Below, piece after piece: positions 1 to 12,095 of a stretch of 64,000 bases of DNA (position 1 is the stretch's first letter; each line of letters starts with the position of its first letter). A program made the translations under genes and the position numbers. Under the pieces are notes generated by a model. That model saw only the letters and a program-made list of their open reading frames with translations, ran no database searches and was not told the DNA's origin. Source of the DNA: an uncultured Chloroflexia bacterium (GTDB lineage: Bacteria; Chloroflexota; Limnocylindria; Limnocylindrales; CSP1-4); the NCBI GenBank assembly GCA_963763775.1, contig CAVXPZ010000003.1, forward strand, positions 448,001-512,000. The letters run 5' to 3'.

Positions 1-1462
1 GTGACGATGTCCACGAGTGGGGCCGGGAACAGCCCGATGAGGATCGTCAGCGCGGTCGCGACGGCCAGCCCGCCCCAGACCAGCGACCCGTGGTGCATCG
101 CCGGCGCATCGCTCGTGGAGTCGCGCATGTACATGTACACGACGCAGCGCAGGTAGTAGAACGCGGCGACGGCCGCGTTGATGACCGCGATGACCGCGAG
201 GATGGTCAGCGGGCCGCCGGCCTCGACCGAGGCGAGGATCACGTACGCCTTGGCGAAGAACCCGGCCGTCGGCGGGATGCCCGTGAGCGACAGCAGGAAG
301 AGCGTCATGAGGATGCCCAGTCGTGGCTCCCGTCGGCCGAGTCCGGAGAACGTCTCGAGCGACGACGTGACGCCGGTCCGCTTCTGCATCGCGGCGATGA
401 CCGCGAACGCGCCGAGGTTCATGAACGCGTACGCGGCCCCGTAGAAGAGGAGCCCCTGGAGGCCCTCGATCTGGCCCGCGGCGTAGGCCGCGAGTCCGAC
501 CAGCATGTACCCGGTGTGCGCGATGGAGCTGTAGGCCAGCATCCGCTTCACGTTGTCCTGGGTCAGCGCGACGAGGTTGCCGAGGGTCATCGTGATCGCG
601 GCGAGCACGATGATGACCGGCAGCCACACGTCCGACAGCGGTCCGAGGGCCTCGACGAAGAGCCGCAGGATCAGCGCGAAGGCCCCGATCTTGGGACCGA
701 CCGAGAGATAGCCGGTGATCGGGGTCGGCGAGCCCTGGTACGCGTCGGGCGTCCAGTAGTGGAACGGCACGGCGGCGATCTTGAAGGCGACGCCCGTCGT
801 GAGGAACGCGAGGCCCATCGCCAATCCGGGCGAGAGCGGCGCCGCTCCCGCGACGATGGCCTGGAGCTGCGCGGTGATCCCGTGCGGGCCGGTGATGAGC
901 GTCGTCCCGGTGATGCCCCACACGTAGGCGAGTCCGAACAGGAAGATCGCCGAGCTGAACGAGCCGAGCAGGAAGTACTTGATCGCGCCCTCGGTCGAGT
1001 ACGCGTCGCTCTTGTGGAACGCCGCGAGCATGTAGCCGGGGAGCACCATCAGCTCGAGCCCGAGGAAGAGCAGCAGCAGGTCGGTGGAGGCGCTGATGAG
1101 CATCGCGCCGGTCATCGCGAAGACGAGGACCGTGGCGAACTCGGCGAGTGGCAGCCCGCGCGGGGCGAGGTAGTCGGGCGCGAACATGATCGTCAGCGCC
1201 ACGATCGACACGAAGAGGATGTCGAGGAATGTCGTCAGCGCGTCGACGGTGTAGGCGCCGCCGAAGGCGGTCGCATCGATCGTGCCCTGGGCCACGGCCG
1301 CCCCGACGACGAGCGTCACGACCGAGGTGAGCGCGAGCCCGATGAACGCCGTGGCCGCGGCGAGGATCATCGATCCGGGCTTGATGAGGTCGACCACCAT
1401 GATCGCGACCGCGGTGAGGATCGCGACGACGAGTGGGCTGATCGTGGTCAGGTCCTGCGCGG

Positions 1463-1466
<4 letters not shown>
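1..1466 (-). CDS. nuoN: NADH-quinone oxidoreductase subunit N (3' end outside window)
   Basis: Read manually from TTG at 1466, overlapping the nuoM stop: MTAQDLTTISPLVVAIL...; contains EGAIKYFLLGSFSS, FKIAAVPFHYWTPDAYQG and KRMLAYSSIAHTGY motifs. Confidence 0.95.
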
Positions 1467-3156
<1,690 letters not shown>

Positions 3157-3160
<4 letters not shown>

Positions 3161-5152
3161 CGGGCCACCAGCCAGAGATACGAGCCGGCCATGACGATGA
3201 GCCCGATGGCGATGCCGAGCGCGTAGTTCTGGACCCGACCGGTCTGGATCCGGCGGAGCCCGCGGCCCGACGCGATGGTGTCCCGCCCGACGGCGTTGAC
3301 GGTGCCGTCCACGACCTCGCGGTCGAACCACCACAGGCCGGCCGCGACCTTGCCGCCGATGACCATGAACAGCAGGTGGTTGAGCTCGTCGAACCACCAC
3401 TTGTTGAGCGACGCGCGGTACAGGAACGGCACGCGGGCGCTGAGCGCCTGGACGCGTTCCGGCCGCGACGGCATCCGGATCGGCCCGATCTTCACGCCGA
3501 ACAGCCGCCAGGCGGCGATCACGCCGATGGTGGCGATGCCGACGCTCGAGAGGATGAGGTACCCGTCGATCCCGAACAGCTGGTACGAGGTCTCCTCGTG
3601 GTGGAGCATCAGCTGGGCCTGCGCGAAGATCGGCTCGAGCCAGTGGCTGATGGTGCTGTCGCCGAGCGGGAGGCCGAGGTACATCCCGAGGAAGATCGAC
3701 GGGATCGCCAGCAGGATGAGCGGGACCGTCATGACCGCGGGCGACTCGTGGATCTTGTCCCAGATCGCCTTCGGCCCGCGGAACTCGCCCCAGAACGTCA
3801 TGCCCATGAGGCGGAACATGTAGAACGCCGTCATGCCGGCGACCGCGAAGCCGATGATCCAGACCCAGATGAACCCGAGCTTGAGCGACTCTCCGAGGAT
3901 CTCGTCCTTCGAGAAGAAGCCGGCCAGCGGCGGGATCCCGGCGATCGCCAGGGACCCGATGAGCATCGTGATGTAGGTGATCTTGATCTTCCGGGACAGC
4001 CCGCCCATCTGGCGCATGTCCTGCTCCTCGTGGACGGCGTGGATCACCGAGCCGGAGCCGAGGAACAGCAGGCCCTTGAAGAAGCCGTGCGTCATGAGGT
4101 GGAAGATCGCGGCCGTGAAGGCGCCCGACGCCGAGCGCGGCGAACATGTACCCGAGCTGGGACAGCGTGGAGTAGGCGAGGACCCGCTTGATGTCCGTCT
4201 GCGTCATCGCGATCGAGGCGGCCAGGATGGCCGTGAAGATCCCGATCGCCGCGACCACGACCATCGCCTCGGTCGCCGACGCGAACAGGTCGTTGGCACG
4301 CGCCACCAGGTAGACGCCGGCGTTGACCATCGTCGCCGCGTGGATCAGGGCGGAGACCGGGGTGGGGCCCTCCATGGCGTCCGGCAGCCACACGTGCAGC
4401 GGGAACTGGGCGCTCTTGCCCATCGCCCCGGCGAACACGAGGAGGGCGACCACGACGAGCGGGATCGCGAGGGTCTGGCCCGGCGCGATCATCCACTCGA
4501 TCGATGCGCGGATGTCGAGGGTGGCGCCCTCGGGCCGGTTCAGCGTGTTCAGCCAGATGGCCATGATCCCGAGCGCGAACCCGACGTCGCCGACGCGGTT
4601 GACGATGAACGCCTTCTTGGCGGCGAGCATCGCCGACCGCTTGCGGTACCAGAAGCCGATGAGCAGGTAGCTCGAGAGGCCGACCAGCTCCCAGGCCACG
4701 AAGACCACGAGCCACGACGACGCGAGGACGAGCAGCAGCATCGAGAACATGAACAGGTTCAGGTAGGCGAAGAACCGCCAGTACCCCGGGTCGTGGCTCA
4801 TGTAGCCGATCGAGTAGATGTGGACGAGCAGGCCGACGGTCGTGACGACGATCAGGAGGCAGGCGGTGAGCGCGTCGACGTAGAACCCGAACTCGACGTT
4901 GAACTGCCCGGCCGGGATCCAGTCGAAGAGCTTGAGCGTGTAGCCGTGGACGTCCTCGGTGCCGGGGATCAGGGGCGCCGTCCCGGACAGGACCATGTAC
5001 GCCGTGTACGAGGCGATCACCCAGACGGCGAAGACGGCCAGCACCGGGATCCAGTGGGCCTGCTTGTGGAGCCGACGGCCGATGAGGGCGGTCAGCAGGA
5101 ACCCCGCCATCGGCAGGACGAGGAGCAGGGGCAGGAGCTGGTCCGCGCTCAT
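3157..5152 (-). CDS. nuoL: NADH-quinone oxidoreductase subunit L (one probable sequencing frameshift near 4125)
   Basis: [32 protein letters not shown] and [17 protein letters not shown]; continues in ORF 3157..4095 ([12 protein letters not shown]...QTGRVQNY) after an extra G in GTC GGG CGC. Confidence 0.93.
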
Positions 5153-5460
5153 CGACGCATCGCGTCGTACTCGTCGACGAGGGGTGTCTTCTTGTTCCGG
5201 TAGATCGCGATGACGATCGCGAGGCCGACGGTCGCCTCACCCGCTGCCACCGCCATGACCATCAGCGCGATCACCGACGCCTGCGACCCGAGCGCCGGGA
5301 TGAACGCGCCGAACGCGACGATCGAGAGGTTGACGGCGTTGAGCATGAGCTCGATCGACATCAGCATGCTGATCGCGTTGCGCCGGGCCAGGAACCCGAA
5401 CGAGCCGATCGCGAAGAGGATCCCGGACAGGATCAGGTAGGCGTCGAGCGAATCGCTCAC
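5149..5460 (-). CDS. nuoK: NADH-quinone oxidoreductase subunit K
   Basis: [19 protein letters not shown]...[12 protein letters not shown]...[20 protein letters not shown]; GTG at 5460 overlaps the nuoJ stop. Confidence 0.95.
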   Translation of the reverse strand: MSDSLDAYLILSGILFAIGSFGFLARRNAISMLMSIELMLNAVNLSIVAFGAFIPALGSQASVIALMVMAVAAGEATVGLAIVIAIYRNKKTPLVDEYDAMRR

Positions 5461-6050
5461 GAGGGCCCGCCCGGTTCGCGTTTCGCGAGGAAGACGGCGC
5501 CGATCACGGCCGCGAGCAGCAGCACGCTGACGATCTCGAACGGCAGGACGTAGTCCTGGAACAGGATCGTCGAGACTTCGTTCGCCGTGTAGGTGATCCG
5601 GTCCGCGACGCCGCCCCAGTCCGTCGCCGCCACGGCGAGCGCGATCAGGACGGCGATGACGACGGCCGCGACCGCGGCCGGCCCGGCCTGCGTCTGGAAG
5701 ACCAGGCGCGTGGGCGCGTCCTTGGTCTGGGTCAGCATGATCGCGAAGAGGATCAGGACGCTGATCGCGCCGATGTAGACGATGACCTGGGCCGCGCCGA
5801 TGAGCGTCGCCCCCATCAGCACGTAGATCCCGGCGAGCGACCCGAAGCACACGATCATCGCCAGCCCGCAGCGGATGATGTCGCGCATCGTCACGACCAG
5901 CAGCCCGGAGATGACCATCAGGCAGGCGAAGACCCAGAACAGGGCGTCGTCCCAGTCCTGACCGAGGAAGACGATCATCACGGCCGCGATGCCGGTGACC
6001 GCGCCCATCACGGCGAGCGCGATGACGATCGGGATGAGGGTCTTGAGCAC
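5457..6050 (-). CDS. nuoJ: NADH-quinone oxidoreductase subunit J
   Basis: [21 protein letters not shown] and [24 protein letters not shown] motifs. Confidence 0.93.
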   Translation of the reverse strand: MLKTLIPIVIALAVMGAVTGIAAVMIVFLGQDWDDALFWVFACLMVISGLLVVTMRDIIRCGLAMIVCFGSLAGIYVLMGATLIGAAQVIVYIGAISVLILFAIMLTQTKDAPTRLVFQTQAGPAAVAAVVIAVLIALAVAATDWGGVADRITYTANEVSTILFQDYVLPFEIVSVLLLAAVIGAVFLAKREPGGPS

Positions 6051-6056
6051 GTCCGG

Positions 6057-8678
6057 CTACTCGTGCCCACCGGGCAGGAGGGCCGACCCGTGGCCGTTCC
6101 CGTTCCCATGGGCGTGGCCGTGGCCGTTGCCGTTGGCGGCGACGCCCGACGGGATCCCGGCGACGGCCGCCGGGAGGACGGGGAGCATCCGGCTCGGGTC
6201 GAAGTGGCGGCCCTCGGCCGCGGCGGCGTCGGCCCACCCGCGTTCGCGGCGGATGTACGTGACCTCGGTCTCGCGGTCGATGGCGGCGATCGCCATGAGG
6301 TCGATCGTCGGCTCGGCGCGGCTCGTGTGCGCCAGCTCGATGTCGCCGCCGTCGCGCAGCGCGTCGTACGGGCACGCGTCCACGCAGATGCCGCAGAGGA
6401 TGCAGCGGCTCTCGTCGACCTCGTACTTCTGGAGCACGCGCGGCTTGGGCATGAGCGCGCCGGTCGGGCACGTCTCGGCGCAGCGACCGCACGACACGCA
6501 CGGGGTGTCGTTGAGGCTCATGTCGAGCGGGGTCGTGACGAGCGTGTCGAAGCCGATCCGCATGAAGTCGTAGCACGCGGCGCCGACCACCTCCGAGCAG
6601 ACCTGGGCGCAGCGGCCGCAGTCGATGCAGCGGGACGGCTCGCGGAGGATGAACGCGTGCGAGTCGTCGCGGACGTAGTCGTGGTTGATCCCGGTGAACC
6701 GGTTCTCGGTCACGCTTCGATAGCCGGCGCCCTGGTGGAACTGCGGCTCGAGCGTCTTGAGCGTCGTGCCGTACTCGATGCCGAGCCGTCGCAGGTCGCA
6801 GAACCCGATGGCCTCGCAGGTGCACTGCAGACAGCGCGTGGACTCCGCGACGGCCGCCTCGCGCGTGTACGGCAGCTCGTACTCCATGTAGTTGTGGTTG
6901 CGCTCCTCGGCCTCGAGCGCGGTCAGCCGGTAGCGCGGCTCCTTGACCTCCGCGGTGAACGGGACGATCGAGAGGAACTCGGGCTGCGGCTCGGCGAGCG
7001 TCTGGCGGGTCCGGATGGCCCCGAGGTCGAGCCCCTGGAGGAACGCGTCCACGGCGTACGCGGCGCGCCGGCCCTCGGCGATGGCCTGGACCACGGTCGC
7101 CGCGCCGATGCGCACGTCGCCGGTGCCGAAGACGCCGGCCCGGCCGGTCTCGAACGTCACCGCGTCCGCCTTGAGCCGGCGCTGCTTCGTGGCCTCCGGC
7201 CCCTCCGATCCAGGGCCGATCCAGGTGAGGTCCGGGCCCTGGCCGATGGCGAGGAGCACGCGGTCGCACGGGACGATGAACTCGGTGTCGGGCGCGGGCT
7301 CCGGCCGCCGCCGGCCCGAGGCGTCGGGCGCCCCGAGCTGCATCCGGATGAACTCGACGCCCGTCACGTTGCCGGCATCGTCCGTGACGACGCGGGTCGG
7401 GCCGGCCTGGAAGATGGCGGTCACGCCTTCCTCGATGGCCTCGTGGACCTCGCCCGACGCCGGCATGTCCTTCATGTCGCGCCGGTAGACGAGCGTGACC
7501 TCGCTGGCGCCCTGGCGGACGGACGTCCGCGAGCAGTCCATCGACGTGAACCCGCCGCCGATGACGACGACGCGCTTGCCCGCGTGGTCCGGATAGGGGA
7601 GGCCGAGCGTGGCGGTCCGCAGGTACTCGAGGCCGTCGAGGACCTCGGCGGCGTCCTCGCCCGGGATGCCCAGCTTGTTCGTGTCGTAGCAGCCGATGGC
7701 GACGACGACGGCATCGAAGCCCTGGTTCGTCAGGTCGTCGAGCGTGAACTCGGTACCGAGGCCCGCGTTGCAGACCATCTTGCCGCCGAGCCGGGTCACG
7801 GACTCGTACTCGGCCTCGAGGACCTCGACCTTGGGCAGGCGGTACTGCGGGATGCCGTAGCGGAGCATCCCGCCCGGGGCCGGGTCGCGCTCGAAGACGG
7901 TCACGTCGTGGCCCGACAGCAGCAGGTAGAAGGCCGCGGCCATCCCGGCCGGGCCGGAGCCGATGACCGCCGCGCGACGGCCCGTCGGCGCCTGGCGCTC
8001 GAACGGCAGCGGCGGATCGACGCCCTCGTCGAGCATCGCCTTGAGGACCTGGTCGCCCGCGTAGCGGTGGCTGTCGCGGATGGCGATCGCCTCGTCGACC
8101 TCGTCGCGCCGGCAGTGCTCCTCGCAGGGTGCCGGGCACACGCGACCCAGCACGGAGGGGAACGGGATCGTGCGCTTGAAGATCCGGGCGCTCTCGCGCC
8201 AGTCGGCCTCGGCGTTGGCCTTGAGGAAGCCCGGGATGTCGATGTGGCTCGGGCACTTGTTCTGGCAGGGCGGCAGGCAGTAGGCGTTGTGGTCGCTGAA
8301 GATCAGCTCGAGGTTCGTCCGGCGGAGGCGGCGGACCTCCTCGGTCTGGGTCTGGACCTTCATCTCGGGCTCGCAGACGCGCGAGCACGAGATCGGCGGG
8401 TTGTCCTCGCCCTCCACCTCGACGACGCACATCCGGCAGGCTCCGAAGCCCGGCAGCTTGGGCTCGTAGCACAGCGTCGGGATCTCGATCCCGTTGTCGC
8501 GGCAGACCTCGAGGATCGTCTGGCCCTCGAAGCCCTCGACGACACGGCCGTCGACCTCGATGCGGATCCGCGGCGACGACTGCGGACGCTGCGGCGAGCG
8601 CGTCTCGAGGAGCCGGTCGGCCAGCGATTCCGGCTCCGGCGTCAGGCGGCTGTCGGGGCGCGTCAGGAGGTCAGCCAT
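6057..8678 (-). CDS. StnC/NfnA-like Fe-S flavoprotein (NuoG N-terminal Fe-S domains with inserted GltD-like FAD/NAD(P)H domain) fused to the C-terminal half of NuoI
   Basis: ATG 8678 (MADLLTRP). [2Fe-2S] [15 protein letters not shown]...C; GltD-like [36 protein letters not shown]; [11 protein letters not shown]...[12 protein letters not shown]; then NuoI-like [23 protein letters not shown]...DIELA. Confidence 0.88.
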   Translation of the reverse strand: MADLLTRPDSRLTPEPESLADRLLETRSPQRPQSSPRIRIEVDGRVVEGFEGQTILEVCRDNGIEIPTLCYEPKLPGFGACRMCVVEVEGEDNPPISCSRVCEPEMKVQTQTEEVRRLRRTNLELIFSDHNAYCLPPCQNKCPSHIDIPGFLKANAEADWRESARIFKRTIPFPSVLGRVCPAPCEEHCRRDEVDEAIAIRDSHRYAGDQVLKAMLDEGVDPPLPFERQAPTGRRAAVIGSGPAGMAAAFYLLLSGHDVTVFERDPAPGGMLRYGIPQYRLPKVEVLEAEYESVTRLGGKMVCNAGLGTEFTLDDLTNQGFDAVVVAIGCYDTNKLGIPGEDAAEVLDGLEYLRTATLGLPYPDHAGKRVVVIGGGFTSMDCSRTSVRQGASEVTLVYRRDMKDMPASGEVHEAIEEGVTAIFQAGPTRVVTDDAGNVTGVEFIRMQLGAPDASGRRRPEPAPDTEFIVPCDRVLLAIGQGPDLTWIGPGSEGPEATKQRRLKADAVTFETGRAGVFGTGDVRIGAATVVQAIAEGRRAAYAVDAFLQGLDLGAIRTRQTLAEPQPEFLSIVPFTAEVKEPRYRLTALEAEERNHNYMEYELPYTREAAVAESTRCLQCTCEAIGFCDLRRLGIEYGTTLKTLEPQFHQGAGYRSVTENRFTGINHDYVRDDSHAFILREPSRCIDCGRCAQVCSEVVGAACYDFMRIGFDTLVTTPLDMSLNDTPCVSCGRCAETCPTGALMPKPRVLQKYEVDESRCILCGICVDACPYDALRDGGDIELAHTSRAEPTIDLMAIAAIDRETEVTYIRRERGWADAAAAEGRHFDPSRMLPVLPAAVAGIPSGVAANGNGHGHAHGNGNGHGSALLPGGHE

Positions 8679-8686
8679 GGGTCGCC

Positions 8687-10015
8687 TTATGAGGTCGCAC
8701 CGACCGCCACCGCGATCGGGTGGCAGACGCCGGCGGGGCAGGAACTGCGGAGGACGTGATCGTCGAGTTCCGCACGGAAGTATCGCATCCCGCTCAGGAG
8801 CGGGAGGGTCGTCAGGCGCTCGTGGTCGCACAGCGCGGAGGCCGAGATGTCGGCCGACAGGTCCACGAGGAGGTCCATGTCCGTCGGGCGCGGCCGGCCG
8901 TCGATGACCCGGTCGGCGATCTCGACGAGGCGCCGGGTCCCGATCCGGCAGGGGATCGTCTTGCCGCACGCCTCGCCGGCACAGAACCGGGTCAGGAGCC
9001 GGGCGAGGTCCACGACGCACGCGCGGTCGTCCGCGACGAGGACGGAGCCGGACCCGATGTGCGCCCCGGCCTCGCGCAGGGCGTCGAAGTCGTAGCGGCG
9101 TGTCGAGCCGCTCGGCCGGGAGCAGACCGCCGGACGGGCCGCCGACGAGCGACGGCCTTGATCGAGCGGCCGGCCGGCAGCGCGCCACCGAGCGCCACGA
9201 TGTCGCGGAGCGGCGTGCCGAGCGGGACTTCCGCGATGCCGTCACCCGACGGCGTCCGGACGCCGACGAGGATCGTGCCGGGGCTCCCCGCGGTCCCGGT
9301 GGCGGCGAAGGCCTCCGCGCCGTGGCGGATGATCCAGCCGAGGGCGCCCAGGGTCTGGACGTTGTGGACGACCGTCGGCATGCCCCACAGGCCGCGCTCG
9401 GCCGGGTGCGGCGGTCGCTGCTCGGGCTGGCCGCGCTTCCCTTCGAGGGCCTTGAGGAGCACCGTCTCCTCGCCGAGCATGTACGCGCCCTGGACGGGCC
9501 GCACGGTCACGGTGAGGTCGTGCCCCGGCCCGAAGGCGTCCGGCCCGATGAAGCCCGGCCTCCTCCGCGGCGCCGATCGCGGCCTCGAGGCGGCGGATGG
9601 CCTCGGTGTCCTCGGCACGCACGGCGACGATGGCTTCGGTCGCGCCGATCGCGAACGCCGCGATCGCGGCCCCCTCGATCACGCCGTACGGGTCGGTCTC
9701 GAGCAGGAACCGGTCGGTGGCACAGGCGGGGTCGGCGCCGTAGCCGTTGGCGACCACGTACCGGCGCGGCGCCTCCGTGGCCGAGGCGGTCCGCCACTTC
9801 TCCCCGGCCGGGAACCCGGCGCCACCGCGACCGCGCAGGCCGGACGCGACCACGGCCGCGGTCGTGGCCGTCGGCCCGAGATCGCGGATGGCCGTCCGGA
9901 GGCCGTCGAATGCCCCGGCGCGAGTCGCGGCGTCGAGGTCCGTCGGGTCGGCGGCGCCGGCGCGTTCCAGCAGGATCGTCGGCCAGGCGGCCGGCGTCTT
10001 GAGGCGGTTCGCCAT
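8687..10015 (-). CDS. nuoF: Divergent NuoF/HydB-like subunit (three probable sequencing frameshifts near 9557, 9150 and 9095)
   Basis: Pieced from four frames: SGLRGRGGAGFPAGEKW, GAYMLGEETVLLKALEGKRGQP, LVGGPSGG, GSGSVLV, EACGKTIPCRIG, HVLRSSCPAGVC. Confidence 0.85.
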
Positions 10016-10701
10016 CAGTTCGGACCCGCCCGGCCGGTCCCGGCTCGTCCCGCCGATCCGCCGAGCGCGCCGTCGAGCGCGGCCAGGTAGGTCGTCTCCG
10101 CCGGTCGATGCGCCGCGACCGCCGCGGCCTGGTCCGTCGCCGTCGCGGGCTCGAACCGCAGGTGGCGGTAGTAGCTGGCGGTGCCGTAGATCATCGCGTA
10201 CCACGCCCCGGTGCGCTGGCTGATGCGCTTGAGGGCCGCGACGGGCAGGTAGCCGTACTCGGCCTGGGTGGCCTCGAGGATCTCGAGCATCCGGGCCGGG
10301 TCGTGGTCGTGGTCCTCCAGGATGCCCTCGACGGCATCCAGATCGACCGTCGCGAACGGGAGGTAGGCCGGATCGGGGACCGGCCGGCCGGACCGCCGGA
10401 GGGCCGATTCCTCGCGCCGCTCGCCGTACGTCTCGGGGGCGCCCCAGTGGACGTGGAACCGGCCGCGGGTGTCGATGCCGCCCATGTCGATGCACTCGAT
10501 CGGACACGCCTGCGCGCACTGGAAGCACGTCTCGCACTTGAGCGTGCCCCACTCGTCGTAGAGCAGCTGGAGGCGGCCGCGGAACTTGTGCGGCACGTCG
10601 AGCCGCACCTCGGGGTACATGACGGTGACCTTCGGCTCGAAGAACCGGCGCAGGGTCAGGCCCATCCCCTTGACGATGCCGAGGCCAGGGATCTGGGTCA
10701 T
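10015..10701 (-). CDS. Fusion of the NuoI N-terminal half and the NuoE N-terminal helical domain
   Basis: ATG 10701 with [28 protein letters not shown]...FRGRLQL...[13 protein letters not shown] (a single ferredoxin motif), then [27 protein letters not shown]...[15 protein letters not shown]; no NuoE [2Fe-2S] cysteines. Confidence 0.88.
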   Translation of the reverse strand: MTQIPGLGIVKGMGLTLRRFFEPKVTVMYPEVRLDVPHKFRGRLQLLYDEWGTLKCETCFQCAQACPIECIDMGGIDTRGRFHVHWGAPETYGERREESALRRSGRPVPDPAYLPFATVDLDAVEGILEDHDHDPARMLEILEATQAEYGYLPVAALKRISQRTGAWYAMIYGTASYYRHLRFEPATATDQAAAVAAHRPAETTYLAALDGALGGSAGRAGTGRAGPN

Positions 10702-12057
10702 CAGAAGCCCCTCAGATTGCGGAACGACGACGATCGCGGTCGCCGTGATGAACAGGTTCAGCAGGGAGACCGGCAGCAGCCACTTCCAGGCGAAGTCCAT
10801 GAGCTGGTCGATGCGGACGCGTGGCAGCGTGCCCCGCATCCAGACGAACGTGAAGACGAACACGTAGGTCTTCGCGAGGAACCAGAAGATGCCGGCGATC
10901 CAGTCGAGCCCGATGTACGCCCATGCGCCGAGGACGAGGATGACGAAGACGTTGGCGAGCAGGAACCCGATCGCCAGCGCCTGCCAGCGCCTTGATGCGC
11001 GAACTCGCCATCCAGAACGGCGCGGCGAACACGAGCGTCAGGATCGGCGGCACGATCGCCACGAGCAGGAGCAGCGCGACCCCGAGCTGGCTCGAGGTCG
11101 ATGTTCGGGGTGATCGGCCACGGCCACTCGAACGGGGCGTTCCAGCCGCCGAAGAACAGCGTCACGGTCAGCGCCGAGATGATGAAGACGTTCACGTACT
11201 CGGCGAAGAAGAAGAACCCGAACCGCATGCCCGAGTACTCGGTGGCGAACCCGGCGACGATCTCCGAGTCCGCCTCGGTGAGGTCGAACGGGGTCCGGTT
11301 GGCCTCCGCGGTCGCGGCGATGAAGAAGATGAGCACGCCGAGCGGCTGCCGGAACACGTACCAGTCGGTGAACCAGCCGGACTGGTTCTCGACGATCTGG
11401 TTGAGGCTCATCGTGCCGGCCAGCAGGATCAGCCCGACGACCGAGAGCGTGAGCGGGATCTCGTAGCTCACGACCTGGGCCGCCGACCGCAGGCCGCCGA
11501 GCAGCGAGTACTTGTTGAAGCTCGACCAGCCGGCCATGAGCAGGCCGACCACCGACAGCCCGCCGATCGCGAAGAAGTACAGCAGGCCGATGTTCATGTC
11601 GGCGCCGTAGATGTTCGGCGCGAAGGGGATCACGAGCAGCGTCATGACGCTGGCGAGGTAGACGACGACCGGGCGCCCACGTGAAGACGATCGGGTCCGC
11701 GCCGGTCGGGGTGAAGTCCTCCTTCATGAGGACCTTGAGCCCGTGCACGACGGACAGCAGGGACCCGAACGGCCCGACCCGGTCCGGTCCGATCCGAAGG
11801 TTCATCAGCGCGATGACCTTCATCTCCATGTAGATGATCAGGAACGCGGTCGGGACCGTCATCAGCAGGATGATCGTGACCGCGATCACGAACCGGACGA
11901 TCGGCATGTTGTTCGCGAGCAGGTCGACGATGAGCGGCCCGAGCAGGATGATCACCGCGAACAGCGCGATGGTCAGCGCCAGCAGGACCGGCACGACCGT
12001 GAAGATGATCTTCCCGGGCAGCGTCAGCCGCGACCAGCTCTTCCCGATGACGGTCAT
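10701..12057 (-). CDS. nuoH: NADH-quinone oxidoreductase subunit H, extended (probable frameshifts near 11675, 11095, 10985 and 10725)
   Basis: [82 protein letters not shown]; alternative GTG start at 12099. Confidence 0.9.
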
Positions 12058-12095
12058 CGGTGACGAACCGCCATGCGCGCGCCGGGAGGCGGTCG

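Noticed and set aside
10015-10863. Apparent NuoH-NuoI in-frame fusion
   Set aside because: The junction codons (GTT CCG CAA TCT) are atypical. The adjacent frame reads FRNLRGF* with a TGATG overlap and an SD before ATG 10701, so a one-base indel is more likely. Needs a read check.
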